64,000 nt of DNA, taken from assembly GCA_963827275.1 (NCBI GenBank), contig CAWHAA010000008.1, forward strand, positions 192,001 to 256,000, given 5' to 3'. Origin of the DNA: an uncultured Spirochaetota bacterium (GTDB lineage Bacteria; Spirochaetota; UBA4802; UBA5550). Shown here in pieces: positions 10,477-19,418 of this stretch; within the stretch, counting starts at the first letter, position 1, and each line of letters begins with the position of its first letter. The notes below the pieces were generated by a model, which was not told where the DNA came from, ran no database searches, and saw nothing but the letters and a program-made list of their open reading frames with translations. The translations under genes were made by a program, and so were the position numbers.

Positions 10477-11277
10477 ATGAAAAAAGCATTGGTGTATAAT
10501 TCAATCTGTATCGTATTAATAATTTCTTTGGCAATAGTGTACCTGTTCAGACTGGGGGGCGAAAGTTTTAATGTCATGGCGGGAGACATTACCACAATTA
10601 TTATTTCCGGATTATGCGCTCTAATGCTGCTCGCCGCCGTGAAATGCTTTAACGCATGGGACAGCGCCAAGTTTACATGGCTCATGTTGCTGCTCGGATC
10701 ACTCCTTTTTTGCGTGGCGGAATGCATTTATTTTTATCTCGAGGTAATTCTCAAGTATAATGCTGATGCGCTATCCCCTTCGGCTGCCGATATATTTTAC
10801 TTCGGTGCGTACCTGTTCTTCATCGCCGGGCTTCTGATATTCATAATTCAATATATCAGATCAGGCTTTCCGCTCGGAACGTGGCTGAGGTACTTGATTC
10901 CCGCCGTCATACTTATTGCAATAATCGCCGGCGCCGTCTATGGTACCATACTGCGGATCATCATCGGGGATAAGGAGACCGAGCTGCTCGCCAAGCTTGT
11001 GTATTCGTACTACCCGGTCAGCGATATGATAGTGATATTTTGCTCATTGATCGTGATATACCTGACCGCTCTTTTAGGGAAAGGAAGCCTCTCCAGGCCG
11101 TGGCGCATGATTACACTTGGTTTCATCATTATGGCGGTCGCCGATATAACCTACGCGTATCTTGACTGGCGGGGATTGTATGAGACGGGAAACCTGATAG
11201 ACATCCTGTGGCTGGTAAGCTACTGGATCATCGGGTTGAGCGGCATATCACAGAAAAAAATCATGGAATCAATATAG
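10477..11277 (+). CDS. Polytopic membrane protein resembling a stand-alone membrane sensor domain
   Basis: About 8 hydrophobic segments; SPSAADIFY, YPVSD, W-x-MITLG...AD...Y...G.YETG..ID.LW motifs resemble N-terminal membrane domains of GGDEF/kinase proteins; GAGGAG RBS. Confidence 0.8.
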   Translation: MKKALVYNSICIVLIISLAIVYLFRLGGESFNVMAGDITTIIISGLCALMLLAAVKCFNAWDSAKFTWLMLLLGSLLFCVAECIYFYLEVILKYNADALSPSAADIFYFGAYLFFIAGLLIFIIQYIRSGFPLGTWLRYLIPAVILIAIIAGAVYGTILRIIIGDKETELLAKLVYSYYPVSDMIVIFCSLIVIYLTALLGKGSLSRPWRMITLGFIIMAVADITYAYLDWRGLYETGNLIDILWLVSYWIIGLSGISQKKIMESI

Positions 11278-11289
11278 GGCGGTGATTAT

Positions 11290-11505
11290 ATGAAAGATAA
11301 AATATTAAACATATTAACGCCTTTTCTCGGGAAAAACATGTCTGAATCGTCATTGAGCCTGTACTGCAAGAAGCTGGGTATTTCTGCCGATGCAATCGGC
11401 AAAAACAATTTAGAGGACATTTCGAAGGGGTTATACCCGGGATTGAAAATATTTCTCGGGGACGCTAAAGCCAATCAGATCCTGGACTCAATCAAAAAAC
11501 TTTAG
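11290..11505 (+). CDS. Small helical hypothetical protein (71 aa)
   Basis: 12 nt after the sensor gene, GGTGA RBS, amphipathic helical pattern. Confidence 0.8.
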   Translation: MKDKILNILTPFLGKNMSESSLSLYCKKLGISADAIGKNNLEDISKGLYPGLKIFLGDAKANQILDSIKKL

Positions 11506-11523
11506 CGATAGAAACGCTATTCT

Positions 11524-13050
11524 TCAGTATTGAAACGACATCCCCAGCCTATACACCGGCTCCCCTGTCCCGGAGGGGTCGATGTTTAGTGAGAGCGACG
11601 CCTTCTGGACCGCCCCCTCCTGCTCAATGTTAAAAAAGGTGAAGGAAGGCCTGCAGAAATAGGCGGTGACCAGCTCGATGAATTTCACCGCGCCGAGCGT
11701 GATGCCGCCCCACATGACCTTTTTCTTTTCATCCTTCGTGTACACGCAGAAGCCGGCAAGGAACATCTCGGAGAGATAGAAGCCCCAGCCCGGGAGCCGG
11801 TGCCCCTTGTAGAACATGCCGCCCCCCGGGATCAGGGTGGAGAGCACCAGGGCGGCCTCGTTCCTGCTCATGAAAAAGGGCGGCAGCACGTTGTTCGCGG
11901 TGAACTGGTGTGCCAGCTGGTCCAGGTACGCCACCGACGCGGTGAGGGGCAGGGTTGACCAGAGAAATATCTGGAGATGGTTCATGTCGGAGGTCTTGTC
12001 CTTGTCCATGACGCCGGGAAAGAAGTTGATCTTGAATTTTGTCATGCACTCCGGAAGGATGAAGTGCGTAACGATGAGCAGAGAGGAGAAGACGACGCCC
12101 GGGATGCTCGGCGTGGTCTGCCTGAAGCCAAGGTATGATGTCGAGAGGAACGACCCGTAGCCCGGGATGCAGACGTTCGCGCCGGGGTTTATGAGGCAGA
12201 TCCCCTGGGCGAACCTCTTTTCCTGGTCGATGCCCTGCGCCCCGCTGCTGGAGAGCCCGTACTTATAGATGGTATTGAAATCTATGCGGTCGTTTATCTC
12301 CCGCACCATCCCCCGCACCGACGGATAGGAGCGTATGGTGATGCGGGTCCCCGGCGCCGGCCTTCCCGCGAGCGATGCGAGGGACTGGAACCTTCCGCAG
12401 TTGTGTATGATGACGGAGTCGCCGCCGGCCGCGCGGTAGCTCCCGGGAGCTAACCCGTGCCACTGCCCGGCGCCAAGCAGGTAGCGTCCGTCCCTCGCCT
12501 CGATGACCTCGGCCAGGACGGGAAGGCCCCGGTGGAGCAGGGCGATTTCGCGCATGATCTTCAGGGGCACATTCATCAGCACCATGCTCCTGACCGTGAT
12601 GGCGTGCTTCATGTTCCTGTAGCGGTCGGTCACGGGGGTGATGGCGACGGTGCCGATGATGTAGGTGCCCACCGAGAGGACGGATACCACGGCATAGAGG
12701 TCGGCGCCGAGCCTTTCCGCGGCGGCCCGGAACGCATCTTCCCCGGCTCCCTCCGGGATATCTTCCGCCGCCTTTTGGGCTTTTTCACCGTCGAGGGGCA
12801 TGAACCTCCCGAGCCGGTTGAAGGTGTCCATGACGTCCTGCCTCAGCTTCAGCGACAATGCGTTGAGCTGCACGCTCGTGTGGCGGATAGAGAAGACCGC
12901 GATGGTGCCGCCGGCCGCGCCGGCCTCGGCGCCGGACAGGACGGCAGGCATGAGAAGGAGGAGGAGCATGACCGGTCCCGCCTGCCGCATGATGCGGCGG
13001 AGCGCGGTGTGTTTCAATGTTGCGGGTACCTGTGCCACCATCCTCACCAT
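11524..13050 (-). CDS. Hypothetical exported/membrane protein with TM2/P13-like C-terminal module
   Basis: Signal-like N-terminus, LSTLIPGGGMFYKG motif, C-terminal RLGMSFQY; start uncertain. Confidence 0.75.
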   Translation of the reverse strand: MVRMVAQVPATLKHTALRRIMRQAGPVMLLLLLMPAVLSGAEAGAAGGTIAVFSIRHTSVQLNALSLKLRQDVMDTFNRLGRFMPLDGEKAQKAAEDIPEGAGEDAFRAAAERLGADLYAVVSVLSVGTYIIGTVAITPVTDRYRNMKHAITVRSMVLMNVPLKIMREIALLHRGLPVLAEVIEARDGRYLLGAGQWHGLAPGSYRAAGGDSVIIHNCGRFQSLASLAGRPAPGTRITIRSYPSVRGMVREINDRIDFNTIYKYGLSSSGAQGIDQEKRFAQGICLINPGANVCIPGYGSFLSTSYLGFRQTTPSIPGVVFSSLLIVTHFILPECMTKFKINFFPGVMDKDKTSDMNHLQIFLWSTLPLTASVAYLDQLAHQFTANNVLPPFFMSRNEAALVLSTLIPGGGMFYKGHRLPGWGFYLSEMFLAGFCVYTKDEKKKVMWGGITLGAVKFIELVTAYFCRPSFTFFNIEQEGAVQKASLSLNIDPSGTGEPVYRLGMSFQY

Positions 13051-14552
13051 CGATACGAATATTGCATGCCGTACTGCGTGCCGGCGTTTTCACCTGAGTA
13101 TATCACCGGCTCGAACATGTACCCCTCCTCGATGACTTCGCCGTTCATGACGTTGTCCCGCATGAGAACCGCGTGCACCACCTCCGCGATTTTTACGCAC
13201 AGCGCGGCGGAGAGAAGGGAGTATGCCCTGGCCTTGTTGACCCTGGCCGTGGAGAACGATCGCGTCAGGGGATTGTATTTTTTTTCCGGGCAGAATTCCC
13301 TGATGGTGAAATAAAGGAGCAGGTTGTCCGCGTGGTAATAGAGATAGCCCCAGAGCCGACGGCCGCGGTAGAAATGGCCCGCGCCGCCCGCGACGAGCGC
13401 CAGGTAGCCGGCGGTGACCGCGTTGCCCAGGAAGGGCTGCACCCCCTGATAGCTCGAGGCCTTTTTCAGGAGGGAGTAGGAAAAGGCGTCGGCAAAGAGC
13501 GAGACGCCGCCGGCGCAGAGCGTGTAGAGCCCGAAGTAGTACTGCGCCTGCACGTCACGGGACTGTGTCCGCTTCTTCTTGTAGTAGTTGGCCCAGTAGT
13601 TCGACAGGCCGTTTATCTCGAGGTAGAGGTAGGGGGTCGCGTTGAACATCCAGAGCGCGAGCCCCTGCCAGTCGTTCGGCCGGTAATAGCCGAGCAGGGG
13701 GGCGATGATCGGCATGGTGGCGCTCGCCGGGCCGGAAAGAAGGACCATGTAGAGCGTATCCAGCGGTGCGGGCTTCTTGAGGACCATTTCGCGCTTCCGC
13801 CCGTATGCGTAGTTGTCAAGCGCGGCCGCGCTTTCACGGAAGCCGGCGAGGATGAAATCGCCGGCTTCGGCCGGGGCCCCGCCGATGAAGCGGCCATGCT
13901 CGATACGCGCCGCGCCGACCCGGTGAAAGCCCCGGAGGACGCCCTTCCCCGGGTCGGGACCGGGCCGGTACAGGCCATGGGTGCCGCTGATGTCCTGCCC
14001 CACGGCCGGTCCCGCCTGCCCGCCCGCACTGACGTAGAGCGGCACCTGGAAGCGCGCGAGCAGCCGGGAAAGGAATATCCCCGCGTGTTCTTCCGTTATG
14101 CTGTTGAATTCAGTCGGCCCGTATTTCCCTACCATCGGTATCCGGACCGTGTAGCGATACACGACGCTTCCCTGGTACGGTATGTCCACCCCGTAGGCGC
14201 GGAGCGACAGGATGATGAAGTCGTTCGCGTCGTCGAGTTCCGCACGGATGATGAGGCTTACTCCCGCGTCGCGCGCGAAGCCGAGAAGGCACTGCTCGTC
14301 GGTACACCCGAATTTTGTCAGCTCCGACCGGAGCAGCGAGGGATTCAGCGGCTTCAGGGCGCCGCTGCTTTCCAGTATCCGGACCAAGTTTCCTTCGAGG
14401 GACGAGACAAGGGCAAGGGCGCGGGGGCTGTTCGCCTGGAGTACCGCCACGGCGGCCAGGGGCGTTTCCGCGGCAAGGGCCGCACCGCGCGCGAGGACGA
14501 TGCACAGGAAAAGAAGAACCGTATGCAGGTGTGCGCGCCCGTATGCCGTCAA
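13044..14552 (-). CDS. Hypothetical exported/membrane protein, apparent paralog of 11524..13050
   Basis: Signal peptide, LALVAGGAGHFYRG motif, C-terminal YGMQYSYRW; overlaps the cobO stop. Confidence 0.75.
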   Translation of the reverse strand: MTAYGRAHLHTVLLFLCIVLARGAALAAETPLAAVAVLQANSPRALALVSSLEGNLVRILESSGALKPLNPSLLRSELTKFGCTDEQCLLGFARDAGVSLIIRAELDDANDFIILSLRAYGVDIPYQGSVVYRYTVRIPMVGKYGPTEFNSITEEHAGIFLSRLLARFQVPLYVSAGGQAGPAVGQDISGTHGLYRPGPDPGKGVLRGFHRVGAARIEHGRFIGGAPAEAGDFILAGFRESAAALDNYAYGRKREMVLKKPAPLDTLYMVLLSGPASATMPIIAPLLGYYRPNDWQGLALWMFNATPYLYLEINGLSNYWANYYKKKRTQSRDVQAQYYFGLYTLCAGGVSLFADAFSYSLLKKASSYQGVQPFLGNAVTAGYLALVAGGAGHFYRGRRLWGYLYYHADNLLLYFTIREFCPEKKYNPLTRSFSTARVNKARAYSLLSAALCVKIAEVVHAVLMRDNVMNGEVIEEGYMFEPVIYSGENAGTQYGMQYSYRW

Positions 14553-15085
14553 TCTTCAATCCCCTTGCGGGGGGGGACCCCCGCGTTGTAATAGTGCTTG
14601 ATCTCTTTCATTTCCGTCACGAGGTCGGCGCTCCGGACCAGATCATCCGACGCGCCCCGCCCGGTGAGCACCAGCTCCATGGCCTCCGGCTTTGAGCGGA
14701 CAAGCGCGAGCACCGCTTCGTCCGACAGGAGGCTGAACCGTACCGCTGTTATGATTTCATCGAGGACCACGATGTCATGCGTGCCCTCCGCGATGACGGC
14801 GCGGGCGCGCTCGTATCCCTGCGCGGCGTATTTTTTATGCTCTTCCACGGAGCCGTCATCAGGGCGGCACAGCCGCGTGCTCCCGTACCGCTCGATGGTG
14901 ATGAGGCCGCCGGTTTTCGCCGCCGTCTCTGTCTCGCCCGTCGGCAGTCCCTTCATGAACTGTATCATCATGGTGCGGAGGCCTGAACCGGCGGCGCGGA
15001 AGGCCAGCCCGAGGGCTGCGCTTGTTTTCCCCTTGCCGTTGCCGGTATAGATATGTGTGTATCCCTTTTTGAGCATATGTTTCAC
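14549..15085 (-). CDS. cobO: Cob(I)yrinic acid a,c-diamide adenosyltransferase (CobO/BtuR type)
   Basis: HIYTGNGKGKTSAALGLAFRAAG, QFMKG, LDE, ELVLTGR, ADLVTEMKEIKHYY. Confidence 0.93.
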   Translation of the reverse strand: MKHMLKKGYTHIYTGNGKGKTSAALGLAFRAAGSGLRTMMIQFMKGLPTGETETAAKTGGLITIERYGSTRLCRPDDGSVEEHKKYAAQGYERARAVIAEGTHDIVVLDEIITAVRFSLLSDEAVLALVRSKPEAMELVLTGRGASDDLVRSADLVTEMKEIKHYYNAGVPPRKGIED

Positions 15086-16254
15086 TCTTTTTCGGCTGCG
15101 CCCGCCGCTTTTTTCGCTTCATCATATACCAGCCTGAGGGGAACACCCCGCTCGGCAGCGATGCGCCGGCACTCCTCGTATTCCGGCGATGCGGTGACGA
15201 CGCGTCCCCGGTCGAGCAGAAATTTCACCGCGATCTCGCCGTAGGGCGTCGCAACGCGGCGCGTTTCGCGGCCGAGGACCGCCCGGTCCATCCGGTGAAA
15301 CCGTATCCCCGCGGTGGTGGTCTCTTCGAATATGATGTTCCTCATCTGTTCCGCGCTGTCTTCCCGTGCGAGCGTTGTAAGGAGCGTGCCCGGCCTGGTC
15401 TTCTTCATGATGACCGGCGTGATGTAGGCGTCAAGAGCGCCGGCGGCGAGCAGCCGCTCGATCACATGGCCGTAAAATTCCGGGTTCATGTCGTCGATGT
15501 TCGTTTCAAGCGAGACGATCGGCTCCAGGCCGGTCTGGGTCCCCTCGTCGCCGATGAAGACGCGCAGGAGGTTCGGGACGGGCAGGTCCTTCATCCCGGC
15601 GCCGTATCCCACGCCCGTGATGGTCATGTCGGGCAGCGGGCCGAAGCGCCGTGCGAAATGTGCCATAATGGCCGCCCCGGTCGGAGTGGCTAGCTCCGCC
15701 TGGATGCCGCTCGAGTAGACGGGGACGCCCCTGAGGAGCGCCGCCGTGGCGGGCGCCGGCACCGGGAGGACGCCGTGCGCGGTGTTCACGGTCCCCTCTC
15801 CCACGTTGATGCGGGAGCAGTGGACTTCCCTGATGCCCAGGAGGTCGAGCGCCGCGCAGGCGCCCGCGATGTCCACGATCGAGTCCACCGCACCGACCTC
15901 GTGGAAGTGGACCTCTTCAATGCCGGTGCCGTGAATACCGGCCTCCACGCGCGCGATGCACGTGAAGATATCGCGGGCGGCTTTTTTCACCGGGCCGGAG
16001 AGGGCCGATCCGTCAATGATGCCGAGTATATCGTCCAGGCGCCGCGCGGGATGGTGGCCGGCCGCGACGACGCGCGCCCTGGTCGCGGCGATCCCGTTTT
16101 TCATCACTTTTTCAAAGGTTACCTCGTAGCCGGACAAAGGAAGGCTGGCAAGGGCCTCACGGAGCGTGCCCGGCTCAAGGCCGGCGTCGACGAGCGCCCC
16201 CAGTATCATGTCGCCGCTCACGCCGGAAAAACAGTCGAAGTACGCGATCTTCAT
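15082..16254 (-). CDS. larC: Nickel-pincer cofactor biosynthesis protein LarC
   Basis: MKIAYFDCFSGVSGDMILGAL, VHFHEVGAVDSIVD, ETNIDDMNPE, MKKTRPG, PEYEEC. Confidence 0.95.
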   Translation of the reverse strand: MKIAYFDCFSGVSGDMILGALVDAGLEPGTLREALASLPLSGYEVTFEKVMKNGIAATRARVVAAGHHPARRLDDILGIIDGSALSGPVKKAARDIFTCIARVEAGIHGTGIEEVHFHEVGAVDSIVDIAGACAALDLLGIREVHCSRINVGEGTVNTAHGVLPVPAPATAALLRGVPVYSSGIQAELATPTGAAIMAHFARRFGPLPDMTITGVGYGAGMKDLPVPNLLRVFIGDEGTQTGLEPIVSLETNIDDMNPEFYGHVIERLLAAGALDAYITPVIMKKTRPGTLLTTLAREDSAEQMRNIIFEETTTAGIRFHRMDRAVLGRETRRVATPYGEIAVKFLLDRGRVVTASPEYEECRRIAAERGVPLRLVYDEAKKAAGAAEKE

Positions 16255-16255
16255 G

Positions 16256-17008
16256 TCAGTTGCCGCCACGGTTGATCATCCCGGCGATATACCCCGCGCC
16301 GAAGCCGTTGTCGATATTGACCACCGCCACCCCGGGCGAACAGCAGTTGAGCATGGTAAGGAGCGCTGAAAGGCCGCCGAAGCTCGCGCCGTAGCCGATG
16401 CTCGTCGGGACAGCGATCACGGGCTTGTCCACGAGCCCGCCGATGACGCTGGGGAGCGCCCCGTCCATGCCGGCGGCGACGACCAGGACGTTTGCGCCGT
16501 GGAGGCTCGCCGCGTTTTCAAAGAGGCGGTGTATGCCGGCAACGCCCACGTCGAAGAGCCGCTCCACCGGGTTCGCCATCGCCTCGGCCGTGACCGCGGC
16601 CTCCTCTGCGACGGGGATGTCGGAGGTGCCGGCCGTGATGACCAGTATCTTTTTGTCGGTCGCAGGCGTGACCGGCTCGCCGATGATGATGAGGCGCGCG
16701 TCCTTCTTGTATACCGCGTCGTCCCTGACCTTTTTTATCGCCTCGTATATTTCATCCGTGGCGCGGCTGGCGATGATGGTCTTATGCCCCGTCGCGAGCC
16801 GGTCCACGATCGCGCAGATCTGCCCGGTGGTCTTGCCCAGGCAGTAGACCACTTCCGGGTAGCCCGTCCTGAGCGCGCGATGGCTGTCGGTCCGGGCGAA
16901 CCCCAGGTCCTCGAACGGGAGCATCCTGAGCGAATGCATGGCATCGGCAACGCCGGTCTCGCCGCTCCTGACTTTTTCAAGAAGTTCGCGGATTTTATCC
17001 CTGTCCAT
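16256..17008 (-). CDS. larB: Nickel-pincer cofactor biosynthesis protein LarB
   Basis: AGTSDIPVAEEA, DVGVAGIHRL, AGMDGALPSV, VPTSIGYGA, VVNIDNGFGAG. Confidence 0.95.
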   Translation of the reverse strand: MDRDKIRELLEKVRSGETGVADAMHSLRMLPFEDLGFARTDSHRALRTGYPEVVYCLGKTTGQICAIVDRLATGHKTIIASRATDEIYEAIKKVRDDAVYKKDARLIIIGEPVTPATDKKILVITAGTSDIPVAEEAAVTAEAMANPVERLFDVGVAGIHRLFENAASLHGANVLVVAAGMDGALPSVIGGLVDKPVIAVPTSIGYGASFGGLSALLTMLNCCSPGVAVVNIDNGFGAGYIAGMINRGGN

Positions 17009-17831
17009 CTGCTTCCTCTCCCCCGGCTGGTATGTTCATGCTGCCCCTGCGATAGCCTTCAATGTCAAGTGTAATATACGTGAAGCCATAAGTTTTAAGG
17101 TGTGCTGCGATCGCGCCGGCGCGGTCACCGGTAAAGAAGAGCGCGCATTCATCGCGGGGCGCCTCGATGCGGGCCAGGTTGCCGTGGTGCCGCACCCGCA
17201 CCTCGCGGAATCCGAGTCCGCGGAGGTAGCGCTCGGCGCGGCATACCGCATCGAGCATTGTCACGGTGATGGTAACGCCGTGGGGTATGCGCGTGGCAAG
17301 GCAGGGGTTGGCCGGCCGGTCCCACCCGGCAAGACCCCTGTCGCGCGAAGCCGTGCGGATCTCGTCCTTGGTCAGGCCCGCTTCCATGAGAGGGCTCCGC
17401 ACACCGAGTTCGTTCAGGGCGCGCATGCCGGGGCGGTAGTCGTCCCGGTCGTCGCGGTTGGACCCTTCAATCACATGGGAAATTCCCTTCGACGAGGCGA
17501 ACTCGCGTATTGCGCGGAAGATGGCCAGCTTGCAGTGGTAGCAGCGGTCGGGGGGGTTTGCTATGACGGCGCTGTCCATGAAGAGGTCGATAGGGAGGAG
17601 TGCGTGCTCGATTCCTTCAACGCGGGTAAAGGACCGCGTCAGCTCTATCTCTTCCGCCGTGACGAACGGGACATCGGCCGTCACCGCGATGGCCCCGTCC
17701 CCCAGCCGGTCATGCGCGAATTTCAGAAGAAAGGCGCTGTCGACCCCGCCGGAGAAGGCCACGGCGGCCCTGCCGAGGGACGCGATGATTTCATCGAGCT
17801 TCGCTATCTTGTGTGTTAACCGGTCATCCAT
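16995..17831 (-). CDS. larE: ATP-dependent sulfur transferase LarE
   Basis: PP-loop AFSGGVDS, RCYHCK, DYRPG, PCLATRIP, RVRHHG. Confidence 0.93.
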   Translation of the reverse strand: MDDRLTHKIAKLDEIIASLGRAAVAFSGGVDSAFLLKFAHDRLGDGAIAVTADVPFVTAEEIELTRSFTRVEGIEHALLPIDLFMDSAVIANPPDRCYHCKLAIFRAIREFASSKGISHVIEGSNRDDRDDYRPGMRALNELGVRSPLMEAGLTKDEIRTASRDRGLAGWDRPANPCLATRIPHGVTITVTMLDAVCRAERYLRGLGFREVRVRHHGNLARIEAPRDECALFFTGDRAGAIAAHLKTYGFTYITLDIEGYRRGSMNIPAGGEEADGQG

Positions 17832-17947
17832 GTCTGCCCTGGCTCACGCGCCCGGCCGCGGGGCGGGAGTGCGCAGATGGTGGCCCCTGTTTTCGGTTTT
17901 GTCAAATGATTATGCGGACCGGAGATAAAAAATGGCCGTCACCCGGG

Positions 17948-18409
17948 TCAATGCGACTTCTTCGGAAGGTTGTTCACGAAGTTCTTGAGCTGCTCAAGGT
18001 TCGAGAATATCCCGACCAGGACGAATATCGACAGGGTAAGCCCGAGCACGATGCTCATCGGCAGCTCCAGACCGGTGCCGAACCTGGCCCTGAGCCAGCC
18101 GAAGGTAGTGCTGAAGGGTATCAGGAAGAGGCTCACCAGTATGATCAGGCCCGCCGTCCACCACTGGAAACCGGTGACATGGTGCTCGTAGCGCGTACGG
18201 GAAAGGAACACGTCCATCATGATTTTTTCGCACAACTCGCGGTCCATGGCAAAGGGCTCCTGGGTGCGGAGCGAATCGAATTTTTTTGTGAGCTCGGTGA
18301 TGTCCCTGCGGCAGCGCGGGCAATACAGCATGTGCGCCTGCACCGACAGCGGTATCCGGGAGCGATTGTCCATCTCGAGAAACCGGTTCTGGATCTTTTC
18401 ACAATTCAT
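17948..18409 (-). CDS. Putative zinc-binding anti-sigma factor with two TM helices
   Basis: MNC...HMLYCPRC (HxxxCxxC) followed by two hydrophobic segments; overlaps the ECF gene. Confidence 0.75.
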   Translation of the reverse strand: MNCEKIQNRFLEMDNRSRIPLSVQAHMLYCPRCRRDITELTKKFDSLRTQEPFAMDRELCEKIMMDVFLSRTRYEHHVTGFQWWTAGLIILVSLFLIPFSTTFGWLRARFGTGLELPMSIVLGLTLSIFVLVGIFSNLEQLKNFVNNLPKKSH

Positions 18410-18959
18410 GGTATTCCTCCGCTATTGTCCCTTTCAGTTCGTCGCGCAGCATGATCTTGGCGCGCAGAACATTTGATTTTATCGTGTTCACGGGATACCC
18501 CGTGATCTCGCTGATCTCGCCGTACGTGAGCCCCATGAAAAAATAGAGGTCGATGCAGACCCGGTACCGCTCGGGGAGCCGGCTGACCGCATCCATCAGG
18601 ACTTCACGGACCTCTTTCTTCATCTGCCCCTTTTCCGGGGTCAGGCCCTCCGCCGCCGTCTCTTCCGGCACTTCCGATTCGGCGCGGCTGGCGCCGATAC
18701 GGTTGATGCCGTGGTTATAGGCGATCTTGGAGAGCCAGAAGCGGAAGGGCGCCCTCCCGGCGTACGACTTCAGGTTCTCATAGGCCCGGATGAACACTTC
18801 CTGCGTGAAGTCATGGGAATCGTCCATGTTTTTAAAAAAACGCATCCCGATGCCGTAGATCTTCTTCTGGTACCGCTCCACGATAATCTTGAAGCTCTCG
18901 ATGCCGCCAAGGAGCACCTGTTTGACGATCTGCTCATCGGTCTTATTCTCATTGTTCAT
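18399..18959 (-). CDS. ECF RNA polymerase sigma factor
   Basis: DFTQEVFIRAY, FRFWLSKIAYN, LTYGEISEITGYPVNTIKS. Confidence 0.93.
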   Translation of the reverse strand: MNNENKTDEQIVKQVLLGGIESFKIIVERYQKKIYGIGMRFFKNMDDSHDFTQEVFIRAYENLKSYAGRAPFRFWLSKIAYNHGINRIGASRAESEVPEETAAEGLTPEKGQMKKEVREVLMDAVSRLPERYRVCIDLYFFMGLTYGEISEITGYPVNTIKSNVLRAKIMLRDELKGTIAEEYHEL

Positions 18960-18960
18960 T

Positions 18961-19293
18961 TCAACCCTTGTTCATGCTGGCCCTGATCGCGAAATAGATG
19001 AGAAGACTGACCCCCACGGAAAGGGGAATCAAACCGCTCAACACCGGGTAGGTAAATCCTTCCAGTATCACGAAGAACACCACAAGGCTCGCCCCGACGC
19101 TGGTAAGGACCAGGCCCGCGAACAGGCTGAACGTGCTGAAATCAAAATCGCTTTTCACGTACTGTCCCTTTTCGATCATCAGCATTCTCTGCTTGTAATG
19201 CCAGTAGAGAAAAAAGAACAACAGTACACCCCCGATGACGATCCCGACGATGGGGATGACGGTGACGATGACTTGCGCTGCGGCTGACGGCAT
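18961..19293 (-). CDS. Small membrane protein (DUF6249-like)
   Basis: Three TMs with the KQRMLMIEKG motif; AAGGAG RBS; directly upstream of the ECF gene. Confidence 0.7.
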   Translation of the reverse strand: MPSAAAQVIVTVIPIVGIVIGGVLLFFFLYWHYKQRMLMIEKGQYVKSDFDFSTFSLFAGLVLTSVGASLVVFFVILEGFTYPVLSGLIPLSVGVSLLIYFAIRASMNKG

Positions 19294-19418
19294 AGGCTTA
19301 CTCCTTTGCTCCTGGTATCGTTATCATCTGCCCGCTGTTTGAAAAAAATGTAAACCATTTTTTTAAACAGCGCACGCCGTAGATCATGGGCACCCGGCCG
19401 GGCCGGGGAAACGCCGGA

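Noticed and set aside
15082..16254. Programmed frameshift in larC as in some lactobacilli
   Set aside because: larC is one continuous ORF here
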